Positions 22,862-35,739 of a stretch of 64,000 bases of DNA are shown here, one piece after another. Both the position numbers and the translations under genes were made by a program. Origin of the DNA: Malacoraja senta (taxonomy: Eukaryota). Below the pieces are notes generated by a model. The model searched no databases. It had not been told where the DNA came from and was given only the letters and a program-made list of their open reading frames with translations. The stretch covers positions 124,001 to 188,000 of the forward strand of contig JAXLNO010000065.1 of NCBI GenBank assembly GCA_038087875.1. Direction: 5' to 3'. The number at the start of each line of letters is the position of its first letter. Position 1 is the first letter of the stretch.

Positions 22862-24857
22862 GCAAATGGCAAAGGCATTAAACGAGTATTTTGTATCAGT
22901 CTTCACCATAGAAGACACAAAAAATATTCCAACGCTGGATAAACAGGGGGCGGTAGGAATGGAGGAGCTAAATACTATTAAGATCACCAAGGAGGTGGTA
23001 TTAGGGAAATTAATGAGACTGAAGGAGGATAAATCCCCTGGGCCTGATGGATTACATCCAAGGGTCTTGAGGGAGATAGCGGTGGGGATTGTGGATGCAT
23101 TGGTGATAATTTTCCAAAACTCCCTGGAGGCAGGAACGGTCCCAGTGGATTGGAAAATGGCCAATGTAACACCTATATTTAAAAAAGGAAGTAAACAGAA
23201 GGCGGGTAACTATAGACCGGTTAGTCTAACATCGGTGGTGGGTAAAATGTTAGAGACAATTATTAAAGAAACACTAACGGGGCACTTGGATAAACATGAC
23301 TTCATCGGACAGAACCAGCATGGTTTTGTGAAGGGGAAGTCCTGTTTAACGAATCTGCTCGAATTCTTTGAGGAAGTAACAACCCGGGTGGATAAAGGGG
23401 AACCGGTGGATGTGGTATACTTGGACTTCCAAAAGGCTTTTGACAAGGTGCCACATAAGAGACTATTGCTAAAAATAAAAAATTATGGGATTGGGGGTAA
23501 TATATTAGCATGGGTAGAGGATTGGCTAACAAATAGGAAGCAGAGAGTGGGAATAAATGGTTCATACTCGGGATGGCAACCGGTAACTAGCGGGGTTCCA
23601 CAAGGGTCGGTGCTGGGACCCCAGTTGTTCACAATTTATATAAATGATTTGGAGGAGGGAACCAAGTGTAATATATCAAAATTTGCGGACGATACAAAAA
23701 TGGGAGGAAAAGTAGGGGATGAGGAGGATAGGAAGAGTCTGCAAAAGGATATAGATAAGCTAGGTGAGTGGGCAACAACTTGGCAGATGAAATTTAATAC
23801 TAATAAATGTGAAGTCATTCACTTTGGGAAAAAAAATGATAGGGCAAGTTATTTTCTAAATGAGGTGGAGCTGCGTTGTAATGCAACGCAAAGGGATCTA
23901 GGGGTAGTAGTACATGAATCACTAAAAGTTAGTATGCAGGTGCAGCAAGCAATCAGGAAGGCCAATGGAGTTTTGGCCTTTATTGCTAGGGGGATTGAGT
24001 ATAAAAACACGGAGGTCTTGCTGCAGCTGTACACAGTATTAGTGAGACCACATTTGGAATACTGTGTACAGTTCTGGGGTCCATACTTAAGAAAGGATGT
24101 ACTGGCCCTGGAGGCAGTGCAGCGAAGGTTTACAAGATTAATTCCTGCAATGAGGGGATTGACATATGAGGAAAGGTTAAGTAGGCTGGAACTCTACTCT
24201 TTGGAGTTTAGAAGAATGAGAGGCGATCTCATTGAAACATATAAGATCGTGAGGGGCCTTGATCGGGTGGATGCACCGAGGATGTTCCCAATGATCGGGG
24301 AAACTAGAACTAGGGGACATAGTTGTAGAATAAGAGGGGGCTCTTTTAAAACTGAGATGAGGAAGAACTTCTTCACCCAGAGGGTGGTTAATTTATGGAA
24401 TTCACTGCCCCAGGGAGCAGTGGAAGCAGAAACATTAAATATATTTAAGTCTAAAATAGATGGTTTTTTAGCTGCCAAGGGGATAAGGGGCTACGGGGAG
24501 AAGGCAGGGATATGGACCTAGGTTTGGTTAGTATAGTAAGACCTGAGTGATCTCCTGGACAAGTGTCGATCGCCTGGATTGGGGTCGGAGAGGAATTTCC
24601 CGGATTTTTTTCCCGAATTGGACCTGGGTTTTTATCCGGTTTTTTGCCTCCCCCAGGAGATCACGCGGTTCTTGGGGTGGAGAGGGGTGATAGCGGTATA
24701 AAGGGGAGGGTAGTGTCTTGTGTTCTGTGTCTTGTGTCTACTGTTTGTGGGTAAGGGTGTCTGTTTAGTGTTCAGCCATGAGCGAATGGCGGTGCGGGCT
24801 CGATGGGCCTGGTGGTCTACTCTCGCACCTACTTTCTATGTTTCTATGTTTCTATGT
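22862..24857 (+). mobile_element. Young 5'-truncated CR1 LINE
   Basis: Uninterrupted ORF2 RT region, 3' UTR and (TTTCTATG)n tail; possible TSD TACTG at 22857-61 and 24858-62. Confidence 0.97.
22866..24521 (+). CDS. CR1 LINE ORF2 reverse transcriptase (N-terminally truncated, no endonuclease), 551 aa
   Basis: KSPGPDGLHP, NYRPVSLTS, QHGF, YLDFQKAFDKV, GVPQGSVLGP, FADD, RTRGH, FFTQRVVNLWNSLP. Confidence 0.95.
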   Translation: MAKALNEYFVSVFTIEDTKNIPTLDKQGAVGMEELNTIKITKEVVLGKLMRLKEDKSPGPDGLHPRVLREIAVGIVDALVIIFQNSLEAGTVPVDWKMANVTPIFKKGSKQKAGNYRPVSLTSVVGKMLETIIKETLTGHLDKHDFIGQNQHGFVKGKSCLTNLLEFFEEVTTRVDKGEPVDVVYLDFQKAFDKVPHKRLLLKIKNYGIGGNILAWVEDWLTNRKQRVGINGSYSGWQPVTSGVPQGSVLGPQLFTIYINDLEEGTKCNISKFADDTKMGGKVGDEEDRKSLQKDIDKLGEWATTWQMKFNTNKCEVIHFGKKNDRASYFLNEVELRCNATQRDLGVVVHESLKVSMQVQQAIRKANGVLAFIARGIEYKNTEVLLQLYTVLVRPHLEYCVQFWGPYLRKDVLALEAVQRRFTRLIPAMRGLTYEERLSRLELYSLEFRRMRGDLIETYKIVRGLDRVDAPRMFPMIGETRTRGHSCRIRGGSFKTEMRKNFFTQRVVNLWNSLPQGAVEAETLNIFKSKIDGFLAAKGIRGYGEKAGIWT

Positions 24858-25036
24858 TACTGTAGGACAACATAATTATGTAATATTCTAATTATTGATC
24901 AGTAAAATCATCAGTTTGTGTGCCCTGTTATTGTCAGTCGGATCATTAAACAATTGCATTATTGATCAGAGAATTTATTTACCAATCTGATCATTGCCTG
25001 CAATTGAATCATTCAATAATCTCATTATTGATCAGA

Positions 25037-25310
25037 CTGGTGGCACGGTGGTGCAGCGGTAAAATTGATCAGCACTTGCGGCGCTGGAGACTCGAGTTCG
25101 ATCCCAACTGCGGGTGCTGCCTGTACAGAGTTTGTACATTCTCCCCGTGACCGCGCGGGTTTTCTCCAAGATCTCCAGACTGAAGAAGAAGGGTCTCGAC
25201 CCGAAACGTCGCCTATTTCCTTCGCTCCATAGATGCTGCCTCACCCGCTGAGTTTCTCCAGCATTTTTGTCTACCTTCAATTTTCCAGCATCTGCAGTTC
25301 CTTCTTAAAC
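25037..25310 (+). mobile_element. V-SINE 5' half fused to a Penelope terminal fragment with hammerhead-like motif
   Basis: SINE head at 25037-25175, then CTGAAGAAGAAGGGTCTCGACCCGAAACGTCGCC...CCAGCATCTGCAGTTCC. Confidence 0.7.
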
Positions 25311-25754
25311 ATTTAGTAAATGATTGGTCATTTGATCTGATGATTCATTTTTATTCAAATTTAGTCAAATTTATTCATTAAATAATTCAGTAGAATCATT
25401 TTTTGATTTTTTTTTCCAACTAAATGCTTGTTTAGATATTTGCTCAATAGAAGTATGCACAAGTTGCTATTTTTATTATTTATGAGTCTGATTATTGACC
25501 AGCAGATCACTTGAATGCTTGACTATTGATCAGAGGCATAAGTTGGAATCAGAGGAATCATTCATTGATTGAACAATTGTCAGTAGAATCATTTGTTGAT
25601 GTGTTTATTATCGTGATGAATGATTAATCAGTTTGGTTACTGCTAACAGATTTAGTATTTTTTTTAAATAGTCAGCAAATAGTTCATCCTTCTGGTTCTT
25701 GGTCACTAGAATAATTGATTGACTTGAATGTTGCTAAGCAGAATAGTTGAATGA

Positions 25755-26220
25755 TCTGCCTATTGTTTGGTAGAATTTAAAAGCAAGATGTGCTGGAGAG
25801 GCTGACTATCCCTAGCGTGGGAAGTTAATTGTTTCGAATGGCTGCACCTCAGGTTGCTAAGACAGTGGCTGGAGAAGGGTAGATAGTGGCGGTCCAAGAG
25901 GATTGTGCTGGAGCCAATTGCTTTTTTGATGCATATAATTGACCTTGATGTCAGAATACAGAATGAAAATTCAATATTTGCCAAGGATGACATACTAGGA
26001 GGTACGGCTATCTGATAGCAACCATCTGGAACAAAACATCAATCAGCTAGAAGAATGGACAGACAGCTGTCAGATGGCATTTAATACCGAGAAGTGTGAG
26101 GTAATGCTTTTTGGTAGAAAAGGTGAGAAAAGGCCGTGCAGAATTAGTAGTCCATTTCTAAAGTGTGCTGATAACAAGAGAGCTGCGGTCTCACCTACAC
26201 AGATATTTGAAGATAGCAAA
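25755..26220 (+). mobile_element. Very old CR1 RT fragment
   Basis: AATTTCAATATTTGCCAAGGATGAC-like (FADD region) and CAGATGGCATTTAATACCGAGAAGTGTGAGGTAATG (QMAFNTEKCEVM). Confidence 0.6.
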
Positions 26221-27219
26221 TAATATTGCATGAGATCCTACTCACAGCTGGTTCAAGATGGTCACTGGTCAGGTGACTGATTCATGGATCTGTTTTATGG
26301 GGACAAAGTCATTCATTGCACTGTAACATTATTTACCGTTCCGACCATTCCACAATAAAACCATTCATGGATCTGTTTACTGTCAATAAATTAATCAGTC
26401 TGATTATTATTAGGATATTTTTAAAGTGCTGATTGACAGATTCTTGATTAGTACGGGTGTCAGGGGTTATGGGAGAAGGCAGGAGAATGGGGTTGTGAGG
26501 GAAAGATAGATCGGCCATGATTTAATGGCAGAGGTAACTTGATGGCCAAATTATTCTCCTAAAATTTATGAACATATGTCACAGGCATCATTCATCATAC
26601 TATTTCCTGTCAGTGGAATAAATGATCACTCCGATTATTGTGCATCCATCACTTTGATTAACACTCAGAAATAATTGATTATTCTATTTATTGTAAATAA
26701 AATCATATTAATTTGATTATTGATGCACAGAATCACATAATTCCAGTTATTGTACATTAGAATCATGCAACAGTTTATTGTCCACTGCCGGAGACATTGA
26801 TCTGGGTACCGGTCAGTAGAATCATTCTCCAGTCTGTTTATTGTTCAGTAGATTCAGTCGACAATCAGATTATTGTCAGTGGATTAATTTATCAGTCTAC
26901 TTCTTTGTTAGGAGAATCATTCATTGCTCTCTCATTGTTGTCAGCTGAAAGATTCACTGGAAATCAGAAACAAAACTGCAGATGCTGAAAATCTGAAATA
27001 AAAACAGATGCCGCTGAAAACGCTCAGTGGATCAAGCAGCATCTGTGGAGAAAGAGAGAGAGAGGGAGAGTTAATCTTTCAGGTCAAAGACCCATCTTCA
27101 AAGATTCAGTGATCTAGTTATTGAACAAAAGATCGTCATTCTGTTTATTGACATGAATGAGCAAACATAAGATTGATTAGTTGTCCAGGTATTGTCCATC
27201 CATCTGCTTATTGCTCAGG

Positions 27220-29720
27220 GGGGTCACCTGCCACCCAGCGAACACTCTGCCGAATCTTACACTTCTTAAAGAACGGAGGCCAAAACTGCATAGGATAGTT
27301 CAGATGCTGCCTCACCAAAGCCTTGTTTTATTACAGTATTATGGACATCCTTACTCAAAATGTCTTGCAACAATGTCCAACATACATTTGCTGCGATAAC
27401 TGCTTGCAACACCAACATGCTTGCTTTCATATGCACAAGGAAACAACATTCCGTTGTTCATCAACACCTCCCAATCTCTCACCATTTAAATATTAATCTA
27501 CCTTTCTATTTCTATCCATCAAGATGGATAACTTCAAAATTGTCCACATTATCTAACCACTTAACTCCACTTATCTAAATTACCTTAAAGCCTCTGTATA
27601 TCCCAAAAATTCACTATGACATCCATTTTCACATCATCAGCAAAATATTACGTTATTCCCTCATTCACAAGATTGATATGTGACAGTAACAACTGGGGCC
27701 AAGCCTTATTCAGGTGGTACTTCCACTAGTCACTGCTTACCACCCCCCCAAAACATCCCATATTTCCTACTCCATCAGCTAGTCCTTCAACCTTCTTTGC
27801 TGCAACAAGAGAACATAGCACAGAAACTGGCCCTTTGGCCCACGATAGAAGCCAAACATATTGCCTGAATATGATCCAAATCCTTCCATTCCCTGCACTT
27901 TTCACGTGCCTGTCTAAAAGCCTCTTAATCATCACTATTGTATCTGCCTCCACCCCCCAACCCCAAGCCCGCAGCAGCGCATTACAGACACCCACCACTC
28001 TCTGTGTAAAAAAAAAAATTGCCCTGCATATCTCTTTTAAACATTCCCTCTCTGACCTTAAAGCTATCTAATATTTGACATTTCCACCCCGGGGAAAAGA
28101 CGATTTTGTTTGTCTATCCTATCTATGCTTCTCAGAATTTTATAAACTTCTCTCAGGCCTCCCCTCAGCCCCCAACGAAGAAAACAATCTAAGTTTGTCC
28201 ATTATTATACGTAACACATAGCCTCTAATCTAGTAAATCTCTCTGCACCCTTGACAAAGCCTTTGCATCCTTGTTTATTAGCGAGACCAGAACTGCACAC
28301 AGGATTGTAATGCAAGGGTGTTCTGTTGCAAGAGTGTTCTGTTGTCTGACTCCAATCATAAATTCCTTACTTTATCCTTATATTTTTACTCTCTCCCTAA
28401 TTATTCTCTTGTCTTTAATGTATGTATAATGTACCTTGGGATTCTCTTTAATCCGGCTTGACAAATATATTTCATGGCCCCTTTTTGGCCATCCTATTTC
28501 CATGCTTGACTTCTTTCCTACTTTCTTCAAAGTCATCAGTTCCCCTAACTGATTTCACCTTCCTAAACATTCCATATGCATTCTTTTGTTTTGAACCAAA
28601 TTTACAGCCTCTCTCATCATCCAAGGTTCCTTACCTAGTTCTTCCTCCTTACCGAACATGCTGGTCCTTAGCACTGATCTGTATGCCTTTAAATGACTCC
28701 TGGGTGTCAGATGTGGACTTACCCAATAACAGCTGCTTCCACTTCACTCTTCCTAGCTCCTGCCCAATAATGTACTAATTTGTCCTTGCCCAATTTACTA
28801 CTCTCCGCCAAGGTTCGACTTAGCCTTATTCATTACATTACATTAAGTGACTTTCACTCCAACCGAGGTTAAGTGGTGCCATCTGCATTTTGCAGTTTTG
28901 CTCAAGGGGAAGCTGGGCAGATGGGTAGTCCTCTTCCAGCAAGAAAGAAAGAACATAATACACAACAGAAATTAAACATAAAACATAAAACATCCACCAC
29001 AGTGGGACCAGCACTCCCCGCTGTGATGGAAGGCACAAAACTACCGTATACATAACTATCTGGAAATTTAAAGAGTTGTGATCACTGTTCCCCAAATGCT
29101 CTCCCACTGAAACATCAGGCACGTGGCCAAGCATTTCCCAATACAAGGTTCCAGTGTGGTGCCCTTCTCAAGTTGGACGATCCATAGACTGTTTCAAGAA
29201 ACCTTCGTGGATACTCTTAACAGGCCCTTCCTAAACCTCTTGCCCTGAGGAAATCAATATTGGGAAAGTTAAAGTCATCCACTATGACAACTTTTGTTAC
29301 TTGTCACTATGTTAGTTTTATGTCTTTCCATAATTTGTCTACATATCTGTTCCTTTATTTCCCACTACCTATTGGGGACATATAGTATAATCCCATCAGA
29401 TTGATGTATCTTCCTTATATTTGATCTCTATCATTATCTTCTCAGTGGACAAAGCCTCCAGTATGTATTTGAGTGCACCTGTGCCACTCTCCCTGATTAA
29501 TCATGCGACTCCTCCACCTCTTTGTCCTCCTTCACTATCAGTTCTGAAGCATCAAAACCCTGCAGCCTTGAGCTTCCAGTCCTGCCCTTCTCACAACCAA
29601 GTCTCGTAACATCATAGTTGCATGCACTGATCTAGAATTTAAGTTAATCTACTTTGCCCGCAATGCTCCTTGCATTGAAATAAACACACTCCAGCCCATC
29701 AGTCTCAACAGCTCTCACTA
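27220..29720 (-). mobile_element. Cluster of old CR1 fragments (RT and endonuclease regions)
   Basis: ORF 28838-29146 VSVGEHLGNSDHNSLNF (APE endonuclease SDH motif); ORF 27726-27998 VVGVCNAL...VEADTI. Confidence 0.7.
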
Positions 29721-30589
29721 AGCTAGCTTCACGGAGTAGACAGAGTAGCGGAGTATGGCGGTGAGACTTGATGGGCCAAATGGCCCAGTTCTGCTCCTAT
29801 AACTTATGAACTTCACCAGTCTAACTTCACGGCTAAAATCCCTCATGCTGGAACCATTTGAGACAAATCGTTTCTGTGCCCTCTCGAGCACCAACCTATT
29901 CTGCCTAACACTGGATAACCAGAATAGGATGCAGTACTCAAGTTGCAATCTAGTTTGAGTGTTATTTAAGTTCAACAAAACATGTTGCACTCTGGATCAC
30001 AGGATGCCATATGCTTTATTAACTGTTTTTTACTACGTCTGTCAATCTTGTAGATTTATGCACATACACCCAGTTCTAATTTCTGTGCACTCATTAGATT
30101 TGCACATTTAGGCTGTGCTCTCTCTTAATCCTTCATGAATCCAAAGAGTCTTATGGCTATGCAGCATGGAAACATTCCCTTTGTTTGATGTCTTGGTGGC
30201 ATCCTATTCTTTGGTATATGTAACCCTACATTTTTACAGTTGAAAGACTCCAGTCACTCTGGGCTGGGAATAATAATCGGGCTACAGTTGTGTTTCTTTA
30301 CTTTTCTTGAATCACAGGCCATCACAGTAGCAGGTAACTCCACATGCCGAATCCACATGTCCACCAGGGGACTTTGTGCACTACTCAAAATAACTTCCCA
30401 ATTCAACATTTGCCAGTAGCAACCAAAATTAATGTGGGGGCAAGACTGGCTAACCAAAATTCCACACAGCAATAATAACAATATAATTAGGTTGCATTAT
30501 AATAACTATAGCAATAATATATTGTGGTATTATTATAAACCTTACAAAAATAAATGCACTACAATAAACTAATATTAGTTTATTTTAAT

Positions 30590-30960
30590 TTAAAGGTACA
30601 GTGAAAAGCTTTTGTTGCGTGCTAACCAGTCTGGCCAGAATGACAATACATGATTACAATTGAGCCATCCACAGTGTACAGATACATAATAAAGGGAATA
30701 ATATTTAGTGCAAGATAAAGTCTCGTAAAGCCTGATTAAAGATAGTCCAAGTGTCTCCAATGAGGTAGATAGTGGCTCAGGATTGCTCTCTAATTGTTGG
30801 TAGGATGGTTCAGTTGCCTGATAACAGCTGGGGAAAAAACTGTCCCTGAATCTGGAGGAGTGCATTTTCACACTTCTGTAGCTCTGAGAGGGGAGAAGAG
30901 GAAGTGACCAGGGTGAGACGACCTTGCCAAGTCAGCTTGAGATGTAAATGGAATCAATGG
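30590..30960 (-). mobile_element. Rex1/Babar-type LINE 3' fragment
   Basis: ORF 30590-30871 begins MHSSRFRDSFFP, the Rex-type ORF end; shared 3' tail. Confidence 0.7.
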
Positions 30961-33459
30961 AATGACAGTATAGGCTAATGTGAAGTATCTGCATTCGAGC
31001 TCTGTTACTGCCTCTGTACACAACAGCCTCCTCCTGGCTGCCATTCCCTTCTCAGAGCCATTCTTTTCGTGCCTTGTTTTCCTTTTCAATTTACCTTTCA
31101 ACATTGTATTCAGCCAAGTGTTCTCCCTGGATTATACCCCCATTCCTCATTGTAAACTTATTATTCACTCATTACATTGATTACTGCTTTATTGTATGAT
31201 TTTATGAATGACATATTGAATGATTATTGATCGGTTGATTATGAGTTGTTTACAGTATTTGTCACGTATCACTCATTGAATGTGGTTGGTGTTGTCATTC
31301 ATTGAACGGATGAATGACAACACCATCTCCTTTGAACCAGTCACTAATTGGATTATTAGTTTGCTGGTTCATTCCTTGGTCTGTATATTGCTGTAGTGAA
31401 CTGTCCACTGTTTAAATACTGGCCTGTTGAATCAATCACTGATCTGGTTATTTGGCTGTGGTCATTTTGATTGCTCGGATTATTGCTCTGTTGAATCCTT
31501 CACAAATCTGATTATTTTTCTGTTCAATTACCACTTGATCCGATTTTCTCCCTTTCAAGCATGCAGTTGTTCAGCACTTGATTGATTCTTTGGAACTATA
31601 ATTGATTATTAATTTGTTGAAATGCACACTAATCGGAATATTAGGCTGGGAGTATTCACCAGATTATTGATATGTTGATGCATTCATTGTTCTATATATA
31701 AGTGTGGGATGAATGATTATCTCCTGGATAAATCTATGCTCTGATTCATGATCTGATTTTTTTTACTCTTTCACTTGTTTATGATAGTATTCATGGTATG
31801 ATTTGATCGGATAGTTTAGATTTTTCCTGTATCTCAGTACACCTGACAATAATAAACTGAACATGTATTGGGCTAACTTTGGTTTCTTTAATCATTCATT
31901 AATCTGAATGTTGGCCCATTGAATGTCTGAAATAAGAGCAGGGATAAAACATATGGGGCCTTGAATTACTCTACCATTCAATAAATTCATGGTTGATTCC
32001 CCCTGTATTCCATAAAGATATCTATCTTACTAGCTCAAATCTATGGCAGCACAACAAGTACATTTCTCAGGTAAAGAACTCTAAAAATGTTAAATGACTT
32101 GAAAGAAAATATTCCTTATCACCTTGTTCTTAACTGATTAGTTTGCAACCTAAAACCATGTGTCCTCATTTTAGTTTCCCCATTAGTCAAGCCATCCACA
32201 AACCCATTTTATTCAATCTTTCATAGAACACAGAAGAGTACAGCACAGGAACTGCAAAGTCTGTGCTGAATATGACAAAATTAAACAAATCCCCTCTGCA
32301 TGTACATGGTCCATATTCCTCCAATCCCTAAATATTCATGCGCCTATCTAAAAGCCTCTTAGACACCACCATCATATCTCCTCATAAGGTGACACTTTGA
32401 ACTCAAGAATCAATCTATCAAAAGTTTCATCTCTGCCACCCAGGTGAATATAAACTTTGATTTAATAAAATGCATAATTGTTGCAAGACGTTTGTATTCC
32501 ATGTCTCATGCAATAAAGCCATTCAGCAAATTCATGACGGATATGATTTCTAGCCTCTGAAGGTTGGTATGTGGAGCCAATCAAGGATATGATCATTGTT
32601 CTGTAGAACCATTGACTGATCTAATTATATTATGCATCATACAAATCATTGATCCTGTGAAGCTTTTGTTGATCAATTCACTTAGGTATTGAAACATTCA
32701 CCTACTGTTGCTATGATTCATTATATGATTTTAATTCCACTAACTAATTCATTCACTGATTTGATTAGTGGTACTTTGAATAATTGATTCATGCGATTAC
32801 TGTCCTGCTGATCAATCATTAATCTGATTATTGATCCATTAAATTATTCATTACAGTGATTATTGATCTGTTGATTTATTGATTGGTATGATTATTACTT
32901 TATTTTATGCATTCATTGACCATGATATTGGCCTGTTGAATTATTCAATAAATAGATAATTAGCCTGCTATGATTATTTATTCTAATTATTAGTTGATCT
33001 ATCTATTTGCTAAATCAATCACTAATCTGGGGTGTGTAAGAAGGAACGGCAGATGCTGGTTTAAGATAGACACAGAAAGCGGGAGTTACTCAGCGGGACA
33101 GGCAGCATCTCTGAAGAGACAGAATGGGTGACGTTTCGGGTCGAGACCCTTCTTGGTATTTGCTGACTTTGTTTGGCAGAATCATTCACTGATATTATTA
33201 CTTGTTTGTTGAAGCACAGAATTATTATAATCCTCTTTAGTTACTGACTGGGTCAAATATGGATCCATGGTGTGAATAAATTATCTAATTATTGTTCCGT
33301 TGAATCATCCAATCATTTGTTTTTTGTTGAATTATTCACTGATTTGCCAAACTTCCATTTTATCTTTTATTGTTCTATTATTTGAATCATTATGTAACCT
33401 GTTTATTATCTGATGAGTTGTTACATGACTCGTGCGGTCTTTTGAGCTGTTCAATATGA

Positions 33460-34398
33460 TTACAGCTCATTCAAAATGCCGCAGCCCGGCTTTTAACAAA
33501 TACCAAGAAAAGTGAACATACCACCCCAGTATTATACTCCCTTCATTGGCTCCCTGTGAGATCCAGAATAGACTGTAAAGTCCACCTTCTTGTCTATAAA
33601 GCCCTAAATGGCTTTGGTGCAGCATATTTTACAGAGTCCCTCCTTCCCTATGCTCAGTGCTCAGGTCTTCTGATGCCGGCCTGTTAGCCTCTCAATGCCA
33701 CAGCAATAAGAGAATTGGTGAAGCAGCCTTTTTCATTTATGCCCCCAAGCTGTGGAATACCCTGCCCAGGGCTATGAGATATGTCCACAGTTGACATTTT
33801 AAAGGCAGCTAAAACTTATATTTTCAATCAAGCTTTTAACTGACTTTACTTCTTCTGATGACTTTGTAAAGATTACTTTACTCTCTTGTATTGATGTCAG
33901 CATACCCTTCTGCAGCTTGTGTCCTCATCTAGTATATGGGACTCTGTATTGATGTCAGCATACCCTTCTGCAGCTTGTGTCCTCATCTAGTATATGGGAC
34001 TCTGTATTGATGTCAGCATACCCTTCTGCAGCTTGTGTCCTCATCTAGTATATGGGACTCTTGTATTGATGTCAGCATACCCTTCTGCAGCTTGTGTCCT
34101 CATCTAGTATATGGGACTCTGTATTGATGTCAGCATACCCTTCTGCAGCTTGTGTCCTCATCTAGTATATGGGACTGTATTTGACCACAGTGTTTTTGTT
34201 TTTGTCCTTTTACACTCTCAATTTTTATTTTTTATTTTATATTTTTATATAAATCTGTGCTTTTTATGTGATTAACTGTCTATGTCCTTACTGTTTTAAA
34301 TTGTACTTTTTGTTTAGAACTGTGTTTTTGTGAAAAGCACTTTGGACTGCATTCAATTGTATGAAAAGTGCTACACAAATAAAGTTATTATTATTATT
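33460..34398 (+). mobile_element. L2-clade LINE 3' fragment
   Basis: Translates QLIQNAAARLLTNTKKSEHTTPVLYSLHWLPVRSRIDCKV; ends AAGCACTTTGG...TATGAAAAGTGCTACACAAATAAAG(TTA)n. Confidence 0.9.
33887..34176. repeat. 58-bp tandem repeat, 5 copies
   Basis: TGTATTGATGTCAGCATACCCTTCTGCAGCTTGTGTCCTCATCTAGTATATGGGACTC. Confidence 0.95.
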
Positions 34399-35739
34399 TG
34401 CTTGTCAGTCTGGTTATTGAGCTTCTGTTTGAATCTTCGATTATCGTTTTGTTGAATTAGTCATTAACTTTTGTTAATCTCTTAATTTAATAATTTACTT
34501 ATTGGTCTATTGTAGCATTTACTGGTTTATTGGTTTATTGAATTATTCCTTCATCTAATTATTAGCCTTTTCTGTCAAACTAAAATGGTTATTGGCTTGT
34601 AAAATAATGAAATAAATTGAATAATAGTGTGGTTAATTATTTATTAGTCAGCTTTGAATCACGTTTTAATCTAATAATTTGGTTTGTTGAATGGTATTCC
34701 CCTTATTGTTGGTAGGTTGATTAATCGATGGATATACATTGATTTGTTACGCTACTGCCTATTCTGTAGCATCACTCACTGACATGTTGAATTATTCATG
34801 GCTGTTTATTAGTTTGTTGATTTTTTCACTGATCTGTTCAATTGTTTGTGTATCAGTGATCTTGATTACTGATCAAATGGAATCATTCATTCAACCGATG
34901 ATCAACCTATTAAAATATTGATCAACCTATTAAAATATTGATCAATCTATATTTTATCTGATCATTGGTCTGTTACATCACTCACCATTCATCTTTCACA
35001 TTTTCGTGAATGATTCAATCGTTGCACCATTCGCTGATTTGTCTGTTGTATTTGTTAGTTATGTGAAATATAGTTATTGATAAGTTGATTCACACATTTA
35101 TCTATTATCGAAGAACTATTGAATGAATGAAACCTGCATTGATTAGCAAGATGCTCTGGAATTGAACACTTGATTATTGGTTGTTGAATTTTAACTTTCA
35201 GGATTATTGCTTTGATCTGATTATTAAGTGATCTGATTATTATTCTGAGGTAAACAATGTACTGATTACTAGCTATGGAACCAATTACTGATCTGAATTG
35301 CAGTGTTGAATCATTTACATTTAAACTTTACATTCAATAATTCATTCATTCTCCCGATTTTATTATATCAATAATTGATATTATTATTGACCTGTTGACT
35401 GACCTGAATTTATTAAATTATATAATTGTTGATGCATTAACCTATTCATGAGTCAGTATACTGCAGTTTTGAATGACTCATTGAGTGCCTGTTTTGTTAT
35501 CCATGGCTCTGCTTATTATTCAATTCCATAATTTGCTGATTTGGATATTGGTCTTCTCAACAATTCTAATATTATGAAAGTGATTTGATGATTAGTTCAA
35601 TGATTTGCTAACTGGTCTGTTGAATAATTTGTTGATCAGATAATTGATTCATCGAATCATTTACTAACATGATAACCCTTCAAATGGATTGTTCACTGAT
35701 CAGAATTTTAGTCCATGAAATTAATATTTTATATCAATG

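Noticed and set aside
22866..24521. Domesticated or cellular reverse transcriptase gene
   Set aside because: It has a LINE 3' UTR, a microsatellite tail and 5' truncation; recent insertion explains the intact frame.
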